A stretch of 64,000 nt of DNA from the human T2T-CHM13v2.0 reference genome, Homo sapiens, in NCBI RefSeq assembly GCF_009914755.1, contig NC_060939.1. The stretch is one strand, 5' to 3'. Under the pieces are notes generated by a model. It saw only the letters and a program-made list of their open reading frames with translations. It did not search any database and had not been told where the DNA came from. Shown here piece after piece: positions 50,517 to 64,000 of the stretch (position 1 is the stretch's first letter; the number at the start of each line of letters is the position of its first letter). The position numbers were made by a program, and so were the translations under genes.

Positions 50517-52105
50517 GATGCTAAATTCTTAACAAAATACTAGCTAACTGAATCCAACAACATATCAAAAAGATAACCCATCATGACCAACTGGGTTTCA
50601 TACAAGGGATGTAGGGATGTTTTCACATACACAAGTCAATAAATGTGATACACCACATAAACAGAATTAAAAACAAAAATCACATGATTATCTCAATACA
50701 TGCAGAAAAAGCATTTGACAAAATCCAGCATCCCTTTATGATTAAAACTCTCAACAAAATCGGCATGCAAAGGACAGACCTTAATGTAATAAAAGCCACC
50801 TATGACAAACCCACAGCCAACATAATACTGAATGGGGAAAATTTGAACGTATTCCCTCTGAGAACTAGAATAATACAAGGATGCCCACTGTCACCACTCC
50901 TCTTCAACATAGTACCAGAAGTTCTAAAAAGAGCAATCAGACAAGAGAAAGAAATAAAGGGCATCCAAATCAGTAAAGAGGAAGTCAAACTGTCACTGCT
51001 TGCTGACAATATGATCGTTTACCTTGAAAACCCTAAGGACCCCTCCAGATAAAAGAGAAACTCTACTGATAAAAGAATTCAGCAAGGTTTCCAGATACAA
51101 GATTAACGTACACAAATCAATAGCTCTTCTATACACCAGCAGGGACCAAGCAGAGAATCAAATCAGGAACTCAACCGCTTTTACAATAGCTGTGAAAAAA
51201 AAAAAAATCATATACTTAGGAATATACCTAACCAAGGAGTTGAAAGACCTCTATACGGAGAACTACAAAACACTGCTGAAAGAAATCATAGATAACACAA
51301 ACAAACGGAAGCACATTCTATGCTCATGCATGGGTAGAATCAACGTTATGAAAATGACCATACTGCCAAAAGCAATCTACAGATTCAATGCAATCCCCAT
51401 CAAAATACCACATCATTCTTCACAAACAATTCTAAAATTCATATGGAACCAAAAAAGAACCTGCATAGCCAAAGCAAAAATAAAAATTCTAGAGGCATCA
51501 CACTACCTGATTTTAAACTATAGTATACGGCCATAGTCACCAAAAAAGCATGGTACTGGTATAAAAATAAGCACATAGACCAATGGAACAGAATAGAGAA
51601 CCCAGAAATAAACCCCAATACTTACAGCCAACTGATCTTTGACAAAGCAAACAAAAACATAAAGTGGGGAAAGGACACCCTTTTCAACAAATGGTGCTGG
51701 GATAATTGGCCAGCCACATGGAGGAGAATGAAACTGGATCCTCATCTCTCACCTTATACAAAAATCAACTCAAGATGGATTAAGGACGTAAACCTAAGAC
51801 CTGAACTATAAAAATTCTAGAAGATAACATTGGAAAAACCCTTTTACACATTGGCTTAGGCAAGGATTTCATGACCAAGAACTCAAAAGCAAATCCAATA
51901 AAAACAAAGATAAACAGCTGGGACCTAATTAAACTAAAGAGCTTTTGGATGGCAAAAGGAACAGTCAGCAGAGTAAGCAGACAACCCACAGAGTGAGAGA
52001 AAATCTTCACAATCTATGCATCTGACAAAGGACTAATATCCAGAATCTACAATGAACTCAAACATATCATTAAGAAAAAAACAAACAATCCCATCAAAAA
52101 GTGGG
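50517..52105 (+). mobile_element. Inverted L1PB-type ORF2 segment (RT domain), disrupted
   Basis: Begins at DAK-ILNKILAN. Peptides [42 protein letters not shown]; ends at NNPIKKW. Confidence 0.92.
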
Positions 52106-53015
52106 ATTACCAGGCTGGATAGTGAAGGACCATCAGGTGGGGGCAGGGCTAGGCATGTCTGAACTCAGACTCTCCTTGGGTGGGTCTTGCTGTGGCTGTT
52201 GTGGGGGATGGGGGTGAGATTCCCAGGTCACTGGAGTTGTATACCTAGGAGGATTATGGCTGCCTCTGCTGAGTTATGCAGGTTGTCAGGGAAGTGGGGG
52301 AAAGCTGGGAGTCACAGGCCTCATCCAGCTCCCATGCAAACCAAAGGGCTGGTCTCACTCCCATCATGCCCCAGCCAACAGCACTGGGCTTGAAAACTTG
52401 CCCTGGGCTATCTGCCTCCCAGGTGTGAAAGCAAAGGACTTGGTTCTTCCCTGGCCTGTGGAGTCTGCACACCGGATTTGCGCACTCCCTCATTCTGGCC
52501 AGGAGGCTTCTCGCTCCATTCAAATTGTTACAAAGTTCAGCTGGAGATTTCCTTCTCCCTGTAGAGTTTTACCCCCTGCTCCTCTGGTCATCCTCCCAAT
52601 GGATCCCTGTGGTGCCAAGCAGCACTGGCCTGTTATGAGACGCAGCGAGCTCCCAGGGCCTTTCTGCTGCTTCCTCTACCCCTGTATTTTTCTCAGCTCT
52701 CTAAATTGACTCAGCTTCACATAAAGTCAGAAACTTCTCCCACAAACAGACCTTCAGCTTCCCCAGTGGGGGTGTGTGTTGAGGAGAGGCGGGTTTCCCT
52801 TTCCCACTTTCGCAGTTGGGGCACTCACAGTATTTGGGGTGTCTCCTGGGTCCTGCAGGAGCAGTCTGCTTCCTTCAGAGGTTCTGTGGGTCCTCTCGGG
52901 AATTGCTGGTTTGTTCTTGCAGTCGATCTCGAGCTAAAATTCACAATGCGAGCTTCTGCGAGCTGCTCTCTCCGGAGCTGCAGTCTAGTCCTGCTTCCCA
53001 TCCGCCATGATGATC
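52106..53015 (-). mobile_element. L1PB (L1PBa-type) 5' UTR
   Basis: Minus strand reads ATCATGGCGGATGGGAAGCAGGACTAGACTGCAGCTCC...GAGAGGACCCACAGA, matching the recalled L1PB 5' end. Confidence 0.8.
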
Positions 53016-53070
53016 CAACCACCACTCAATCTTTTATAAGTTTTGTTGCAGTGAGTCAGATTTGGAAAGT

Positions 53071-53262
53071 TGTCTTAGACCACTGGAACTGCTATAACAA
53101 AATACCATAAACTGGGTAGTTTATAACCAACAGAAATTTATTTCTCACAGTTTTGGAGGCTGGGAAGTCCAAGATGAAGACTCAGGCAGAATGGGTATCT
53201 GGTGAGGGCCTGCTTCCTGTACAGTGGTCTGTCTTTTCACTATAACATAAGATGGAAGAAGC
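53071..53262 (-). mobile_element. MLT1A LTR 3' part (R/U5-equivalent only)
   Basis: TGTCTTAG...GCTATAACAAAATACCATAAACTGGG...GGTGAGGGCCTGCTTCCT; truncated at 53262. Confidence 0.8.
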
Positions 53263-53593
53263 CCCTCTGCAATATTTACTGCAGATATTTTCCTAAGGCT
53301 TTTGGGAATTTTCTTGACATATGGAACTTTTCACTTTTATGAAATCAAGTCTACCTTCTTTTGTGACTTTCTTAGTCATTTTATTTCCATATTTATTAAG
53401 TGCATATGATGTGGCAGACATTGTGGTGGATTTAAATATAAGTAACATACTGCCTCTGCCTCCATGAGCTCGCAATCTGTATGAAGATATAATGGCATAG
53501 AAAATTTCAGCATAGTGGGTTGGGGGCCTTCCACTTCTGAAATTATGGTGGGCTAGGTACTCCAGGGAACCTTTGACTGCGGAACAGTGAAAG

Positions 53594-55352
<1,759 letters not shown>

Positions 55353-55399
55353 TAGCTAAATTTTCAAGGAAGTTGAAGTGCTAGGGTTTTAAAAATGTC

Positions 55400-56315
<916 letters not shown>

Positions 56316-56729
56316 ATACTTATAATAAACTATGGCAATTCATGCAGTGTAGTATTTAACACAGGGATAGGCAAATCAACCAGTGGAAAAGAAATATACC
56401 CACCTGCATACAGAACTTTAATATATTACAGAAATGACATGACAGATGAGTGGGGAAAGGAAGGGCTAGTCAATAAATCATGCTGGTTTGGTGTAACGTG
56501 GTAGGTTCAGGGAACTAGGAAAGGCAGACTCCTGATCTCAACTTCCAGCAGGCAGAGGTGGGATGGAGACCTAGAGGAGATGACAAGCATGGCTTCCTGG
56601 AGAAGATGGCGCATGAACTAAGTCTTGAAGGATGAGTGCACATTAGCTAGCCAAATAAGAGGTTAAAGTGTTCCAGAGACAAGGAACTGTGAACCAGCTT
56701 GGTGTTCACAGGGCATTTGAAATTGTTAT

Positions 56730-58501
56730 TGTTATGGAATCTTTGGGGTGTCATTTTCTGGCTGGAAACCTGTAGCTGGTGGCAGCTTTGCCTGAGTTTT
56801 GCTTGGGAGTCCTGGGCTTGTTCCACCCACTTGGTCTGGCAGGCTGTGCCTGGATCACACTACCGGCCTGGATCCCAAGCCTCCAAGGGAGACTGTGAGT
56901 CAGGTGTGGAGTGGCAAGGGGTGTGTGAGCGAGCATGGGGTCCGGCCACTGTGCAGTTAGACATGCTGGCTGCTGCCATGGAGCAGGCAGATCCAGGTGC
57001 TGGCGTGGGTGCCAGCTTTCTACGAGACTGCAGCTGGATCAGGCTCAGTGTAAGCAGCTTCCCTGGCTGGCACTGGGGAATGTGGTGGTGCCTGGAAGCT
57101 TGGAGACACCAAGAACCAAAGACCCCAAAGAGGAAGCCACAGCCCTGGCTCTGGGAGCTCCCCAGTCTGGGCTTTCCAAAAGGCAGCAACTCTTCTCTCC
57201 TTCTCTTCACCCACAAAATGGCAAGAAAGGAACATGTTTCAGGCATGTTGGTTTCACAGCTTTTTTAACCCTGCCATTTGAGGGGTCCTGAATTATTGTC
57301 CTGCAACCAGGAAGAATGAGGTATGTAGACAAGTGGAGGTTATGCAAGATGAAGAAGAGCTTTATCGGCGATAGAGCAGCTCAGAGGAGACCCGCAGTGG
57401 GAAGCTCAGAGATCTGCTTTGGGAAGCTCCGTTCCCTTCTGCAGCCAGGGTGTCCTGATGAGTGTTCAGCTCCTAGCAGAGAGGAAACCCTGGAGTGGGA
57501 AGCTCCTCTCTGCAGGCAGGTTGTCCTGTCATCTCTGCAGCTGTCAGCAGAAAGGATGCCCTGGAGTGGGTGGCTCCTCTCTGCAGCTGGTCGTCCTGAT
57601 GTCTGCAAATCTCAGCAGAGAGGAGGCCTGGAGTGGGTGGCTTCTCTCTGCAGCTGGTCCTCCGGATGTCTGCAGTTCTGGCTGAGCCCAGGGCTTTTAT
57701 GGGTCTCAGAGGGGAGGAAGTGCATACTGATTGGTCCATGGGTGGCCATGGGTGGTCCTAGAAAAGGCATCACAAGTTCCTACTCCTGGGGACTGGCAGC
57801 CCAGCCCCCAGCCATTAGGCCCTCCCTGGCCTTGAAGGTAGGGCCTCACCAGGGTTCTGCCTCCTTCCACCCAGGAACCTGTCTACCTCCTGCTGTGTTC
57901 ATGGAGCCCAGGTTGTAGGTGCCAAGGGGTGCCTGCAAGCCGGCCCCCAGCTGCTCTCAGGACCCCCTTGGCTTTCCTCTGTATTCTCACGTGCAACTTC
58001 TCTAGGGGGTCAAGGCAGCAGGGGGCTGGTGTGTCAGAACTGCCTTGAGTGTGTGCACACCTGGAAAGGCTGTGACGGTGCCTGGGCTTGGCCCTGAGAT
58101 CAGAGTGGGCGCTGACATCAGGGAGAAGCTAGGCAGCTGGAGCAGGTACTTCCAGCCTTCAAGGGCGGGGAGGGAGGTGTCGGGGGAGGCTTTCCGGGTC
58201 CCCAAGAGTAAAGAGATGTCTGGGTCTGTAGCCGCAACTTGCGCCGCTGCAGCTGTGCCCGGGAGGGTGGGGCTCCTGCCTGCTCCCAGGTCCCAAGAGC
58301 ACAGGAAGTCTCATGTCTGCAGCCGTGGCTTGGGTGGCTCCAGCGGCACCCAGAAAGCTCCCACCCCGACTTGGGAGGGGAGGGGCTCCCACTTGTCCCT
58401 GGCTCTGGGTGGCTCCATGGAGAGTGCAGCCCCTGCCGTGCCTCCCTGCTACAGCCGGCGTGATGGCAGTGGCCACTCCAGACGGCCTGCCGCTGCCATC
58501 A
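56730..58501 (-). mobile_element. MER52 (MER52A-like) ERV1 solo LTR, 4-bp TSD TTAT
   Basis: TGTTATGGAATCTTTGGGGTGTC...CCACTCCAGACGGCCTGCCGCTGCCATCA; TTAT at 56726-56729 and 58502-58505; about 1.77 kb and GC-rich. Confidence 0.88.
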
Positions 58502-59289
58502 TTATCCGGATGAAAAGTATACAATGGGAAGCAATGGAAAATGAGGATAGAAAAGGAGAGGATAAATATTAATACAAAATTCGAAGTCCAGGCATTTTCT
58601 TTCTCCTTAAGATATTTGATACATATTTATTTTTAACATTCTGTCTGTGTTTGACTACAAATTTTAATTTGAATCCATCCAAAATTTATTTAAGTGTATG
58701 ATGTGAGACAAATAAACAAGCTCATACACACCCACACATGCACTTCCCAAATAGCTAACTTACAGGTCTCTCACTATGTCCCGTATTTGATAAACCTTTC
58801 CCTGTAGTGAAATTAAAGATTTTATTAGCAGGAATTTTTATTACTGCATGCTGACTCAGTGACTTTAGGCGTATCCCTGTTAAACACAGATAAAAACAGA
58901 TTTTGATGCTGACACTAAGAAAAATTAAAGAGAGAGAGAGAGGAGAGAGAGAGAGGCAGGCAATCTTTCAATTTAAGTTAAATTTAGGTTTAAAATGAGT
59001 CCATTTTATTTGAAGAGCTTGTGTCAATAACTTACTATTCACCTATCTTTTTAATGAGCATAGTGACAGTTTAATTATCATGGACAATTAAAACAGTTAG
59101 TATTATTTTGAGTTTTTTATGTTATAGTAGATTATTTCACATTAAATATTAAATACCTATCAGTTTTCATTTCCTGTTAATAAATTCCTACATTCATCAA
59201 CCTTAAGTAGTATAACATTTTCTAATACCACACACACACACACACACAATCACACACACACAGGGAGATAGAGAGTGAGAGAAAGTGTG

Positions 59290-59960
59290 CAAGCAAACTG
59301 TTTTAGGCATTTGCAGGAAAATTATTCAGGCAGCTGTTGTCTTATTGGCGGTTTGGGTTCTGATTGATGACAGACAACATAATACATAATCTATTTACTA
59401 ACTCCTAACACCTAAATAATGCCCTTATTTTTCACCATTACTGAATTGCCAATACCATATTGACAAAGTGTCATAGAGTTGTAGCTAAACTGACCTCTTG
59501 TCACCATTTTTCTTTCTATAGAATCCGTGAAGACCCCAGAAAAAAAACCCTTTTACTCTGATTAATGGAAGGTACTAAAGGTTACCATTGAACTTGGTTG
59601 TATTTGTTTATTTACACTTAATTCACTGGTAAGGGGCAGATGGATGGAATTCACTTGGTAATGAAAAACACACTAATTTTTTTCTTCTCTCCCACACAGG
59701 CTACATAAATGATTGCTTTGCCAATGTAGGGTGCTTACTAGTGCAGACAACTTCTAATTCCCATTCCAAATGGCTGGAGTGGAATTTGTGCAGCACAGAA
59801 ATAGAATCTTCCCAGGGCTGAGCACAAGTATTTTGCCCCATAAATATTTGTTGATTTGGCTTGGAAACCATAGACCCTGCAAAGTAGATGGTGACAGGGA
59901 ATAATCTTCCATAATTTGGAAGAAAGCAAACATTAATAATCTGTCTTCCCGTGCCTTCCA
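59290..59960. promoter_or_regulatory. Candidate non-coding regulatory element with PBX-HOX/MEIS composite
   Basis: TGATTGATGACAG at 59361-59373, plus TGATTAAT, TGTTTATTT and ATTTGCAG in unique sequence. Confidence 0.4.
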
Positions 59961-60049
59961 AAACAACTGTTTAAAACCAGTTAAAACAAAAAAATCCCTA
60001 GTCTAGGTTTACGCAGTGGCCAGGGGATCTTCTGACCTTTGCCTCTATA

Positions 60050-60470
60050 GCAACTACTTTAGTTCTGGTCCTATCATTTCTGACACCTCTGAAGTCGTCC
60101 TCCTGTCTGTAACATAATCCTTCTCTGGATTCTGCAATCAGAGAGTCTTTCCAAAACTCAGCTCTGACCATGTCCTCCTCTTACTGAACAACTCTCATGG
60201 CCCCAGTAATTTACAAGCAAAGTCCAAACTTCTTAGCCTTTTAAAATGCTGTCTGCCATTGCCTTGTGCACTGTGCCCTCCTTTTTCCTCTTGACAGACT
60301 CTTTGTCTTTTCAAACTAACCTCAGATGTCATGTTCTTAGCGAAGCCTTCCCTGTCTCCCCCGGCGTGAGTTACACATTGCTTTCTTTGTATTTCCCATG
60401 CCTGGGTATCTGACTTCACCTTAGTGCTCATCACACCAGGTTGTAACCACTCAAATGTCTAATTCTTTCC
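60050..60470 (+). mobile_element. L2 LINE remnant
   Basis: GAGAGTCTTTCCAAAACTCAGCTCTGACCATGTC...AAAGTCCAAACTTCTTAGCC...GAAGCCTTCCCTG. Confidence 0.6.
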
Positions 60471-60604
60471 ATAACCACAGACTAACTTCCTCCTTGAAAC
60501 CCCAGAACTCACACTAATCCGGCTCCAGAGTCCAATGTATTTTGGGACCTGATTTGGTTCTGTCTTATTTCTGTAATTGTTTTAGATCTTCAAAGTCTTG
60601 TCTC

Positions 60605-60883
60605 CTTAATCAGTGATAAGAAATGTAATTGGGCTAGTTTGATTAGTGATTATTCCTATAGTGCTTCAAAGAGTTTGTCATTCTTATGGATTGTTTTTCT
60701 GCAGCAATGCAATCTGCAAAAAGATGTGTATTTCTAGGGAGGACACTGTGATGAATAAATATGAATTTGCTGTAAATTTCTCCATCATATTTTTAATCTA
60801 GCAAGTTCTTGGGCTCAGTATAATCACTTATTAAGAGTCTGAAACTGAATAAACTTGAAGGTGAGTAGAAATCTAACTTTAAA

Positions 60884-60919
<36 letters not shown>

Positions 60920-61136
60920 GAGAGAGGGAGACAGAGAGAGAGAAAGAGAGACAGAGGGAGAGAGAGAAAGTTCGTATTTATTCATCAGTGTCCAGTGTCC
61001 TCTCTAGAAATACACATCTTTTTGCAGATTGCATTGCTGCAGAAAAACAATTCATAAGAATGACAAACTCTTTGAAGCACTATAGGAATAATCACTAGTC
61101 AAACTAGCCCAATTACATTTCTTACTACTGATTAAG
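60605..61136. repeat. Long inverted repeat: arms 60605-60768 and 60968-61136, 199-bp spacer
   Basis: Manual alignment gives 157/164 identical positions plus one 5-nt indel. The spacer holds (TG)n(GA)n. Confidence 0.97.
60884..60967 (+). repeat. (TG)n(GA)n microsatellite
   Basis: Directly visible, inside the inverted-repeat spacer. Confidence 0.95.
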
Positions 61137-61746
61137 ATTAATCTGGACCTGCAAAAATTTGGTTGCTGGGGTGGGATTTTATAGTTGTATCACTATAAAT
61201 TTATACCTGCCATATAAAAATTGTCAATGTATATAATTAACTGCCAAAATATTCCCTGGGGTTAACTGTCAATTGAATTAACTAAGCAATACAGTTAAGT
61301 TTTAATTAGCCATTTTGGAGCCTGTAGAATTAGGTGCGCATAGCTGGGTGATAGTTTTATATTTAAAAAACCTCTTCTCAACTTTTAGTTTCACATGAAA
61401 TCCTAAATACATAGATATATATTTCCCAATGGAATCTTCCTTCTTTCCTTTCCCCTTCTTTCTCTTCCTTCCTTCCTTCTTGTAGTTTTGTTTGATTTTT
61501 CTTTGAACAGGAAAAAGTGAACACTTTTTAGAAAGGAACATTTCTGAGGGAGAGATATCCCACTATTCCAAAGCCTGGAATTTGAATATTATTACTAAAA
61601 TGTTTATTGGAGAAAATCTGTCTGCCATCTGTGAGTGGAGTTCTTTTACTTATCTTAAAAACAATCTTATTCAAATAGTTAAGAGTTCATAAATTTATAA
61701 AAGCAATTGGTCATGGTTGTTACATAGTATCTAACTCAAAAATGCT

Positions 61747-62055
<309 letters not shown>

Positions 62056-62759
62056 AAAAATGTTCTTTGTACATCTTTTGAAATCTTTGACCACAGCTAA
62101 TCTATCACAACTGTCTCATGTCTTCCCCAACACACACATGCACACACACACACATATGCACTCTGACTGCACTAATAAATCAATAAAATACCACCCACCT
62201 GGCTATGCCTAAGCTACATTTAGAAGTGATAGAAATTTTAATTATTTTATTGCATAGCATCTGGCCACCAAGCATCAGAATAAATTATGGAAGGGGCAGT
62301 TTATTTCAAAAGAATGAAGCTATTCTGACATTTTAACTGATGGTTATTTGATGTACTCTCGAATAGTAATTGACTTGATCCCAAGCCACTGGTCATCTGA
62401 ATACTGAATAAGTTGAAAATAAGACATGTAATATCTCATTCTAAAATCCTCTTTGGGTTTAGTTACCTGTCTTGAATAAATACATTGATCAAATAAACTA
62501 AAAGATGAATATACCTCCTCTTTGTACTGTGGAGCCAACCTGAGAATTTTTAAAAGATTATTTCAAGTATTTGAAAAAATTGATATCTTTCTCTGCTTTT
62601 ATCTTATTAAAAAAAGAAATCAGGATTAATGTGTTTTTATCAGGAAAGTTCTGTGACTTGGCAGCTTCTTAGGTATAGGATTTGCTTTTGTATGGGTCCA
62701 CAACCCACCAAGGGGACATTATCCCTCCCTGAATTTCAGGCAACAATTGAAGACTCCAG

Positions 62760-62950
62760 TGACCAGGGTTTGACATTCAGCTGTGTAGTCTTTAGTGAAT
62801 CACTTAACCTCTGTGAGCCGCAATTTTTGTACTTATGAAAAGGACAAAATGGTATCTTCTTTAAAGGGTCATTTGGAAGAGCAAATCAAATATATGAAGT
62901 GCTTTGCAAAACATTATGCTATCTAATTGCAAAACTGTCAACAGTATGTT
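62760..62950 (+). mobile_element. MIR SINE
   Basis: AGCTGTGTAGTCTTTAGTGAATCACTTAACCTCTGTGAGCC...ATGAAGTGCTTTGCAAA. Confidence 0.65.
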
Positions 62951-64000
62951 GTTATTATTACTTTTCTTTCAGATATTACTTCTCAAGCCATTTCCCCACC
63001 CCCAACCCCGCCCAGTGCACACTGCTCAAATAGTATGTGATAATTACCTACGCTTATTAGAAGAGGGAGATGTTACTTTTCTCTGGACCAATAGCCTTAT
63101 CTACTTTTAGAATAGCATTTAATACACTCAATTTTCTTGACTTCAATACTCTCTACACTTTTTTGACCAATTATAAATAAAAATTTGGATGGCACATGCA
63201 ACCTAATAGAGTATATATTATAAATTTGTATATAAATATCAGATATTCATATATGAATTTTACACATTTTAATATATTATCAGCATTATAAAACATATCC
63301 AGACAATAGTCAATTTAAAAGGATATAAGAGGCTTTGGGTTTCTAGATGAAAACATAAAGCCAGCTCTTCTTTTTCTTCTTGGAAACTACTCAAAAGCAG
63401 TAAGGAGAATGAGAAAGAAACAAACGAACTCCATTTCTGGTAAAACAAACAAAAATAGCTAGGACACCAAACTATAAAATAAATGCAAGTGTTACCAAAG
63501 TAGTGGAGATGATTTAGGAATGCATGAAGATAGAAGACATTGCTGAACAGATTTTGGAAAAAGACAAAATACACATCTCAAAGGTAGGGGTGCACCCTGA
63601 GAGGTGCAGAACTTAACACCTGGTGTGCAATAGCAGAAACAGAGTGTACGTCCTGGCAGTAGGAGTACCCTTATACCTGGTTTTATTTCATAAACATAAA
63701 AAGTAAGGCTAAAAGAGAAATCACAGACACAAATCATACTTGCAGGAAACAGTCTATCTCTGTGAGAGGGGAGAAAAGTAACTTTGCTTTGGAAAAAACT
63801 CATAGCTACTTCACCCCATCAACTTGAGAGAAACTTACTTACACAGCAAACTCTGCAATATAAGAATAGTTAGTTGGCTCTGGTTCTTCCCCAACATGAC
63901 CTTTTGCAAATATTCGGTCCAGGGAAGAGTCATCTTACGCAGATGAAAGTCAAAAAGAAACCAATAGTGGATGATATAATGACAGGAAAAAAATAAAACA

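Noticed and set aside
56699-58572. Cluster of 100-200-aa ORFs
   Set aside because: These lie in the GC-rich MER52 LTR, where stop codons are scarce.

Overview
This window is primate (human-like) genomic DNA, dominated by repeats: about 25 Alus, L1 and L2 remnants, MaLR/ERV1 LTRs, hAT DNA transposons, MIRs and microsatellites. I find no recognisable intron-containing protein-coding gene. The only real long ORF is a full-length, intronless RPS3A retrocopy (34044-34838) with an intact 264-aa frame, a 5' TOP-like UTR and a poly(A) tail. The most unusual structures are: (1) a non-repeat ~165-bp inverted repeat at 60605-61136 (96% identical arms, 6 of 7 substitutions are G-U on the + strand) that encloses splice signals; (2) a 7.3-kb TSD-bounded composite L1 insertion (45996-53262) that seems to begin at an MLT1A LTR start site and contains L1PB and L1PA pieces in rearranged order; (3) an AluY with ~90 bp of extra sequence inside its TSDs; (4) two templated insertions inside LTRs; (5) several motif-dense non-coding blocks that look like developmental enhancers; and (6) a speculative chain of phase-compatible decayed exons at 16.3-24.2 kb. 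Repeat subfamily names come from recalled consensus sequences, and boundaries are approximate unless a TSD is quoted.
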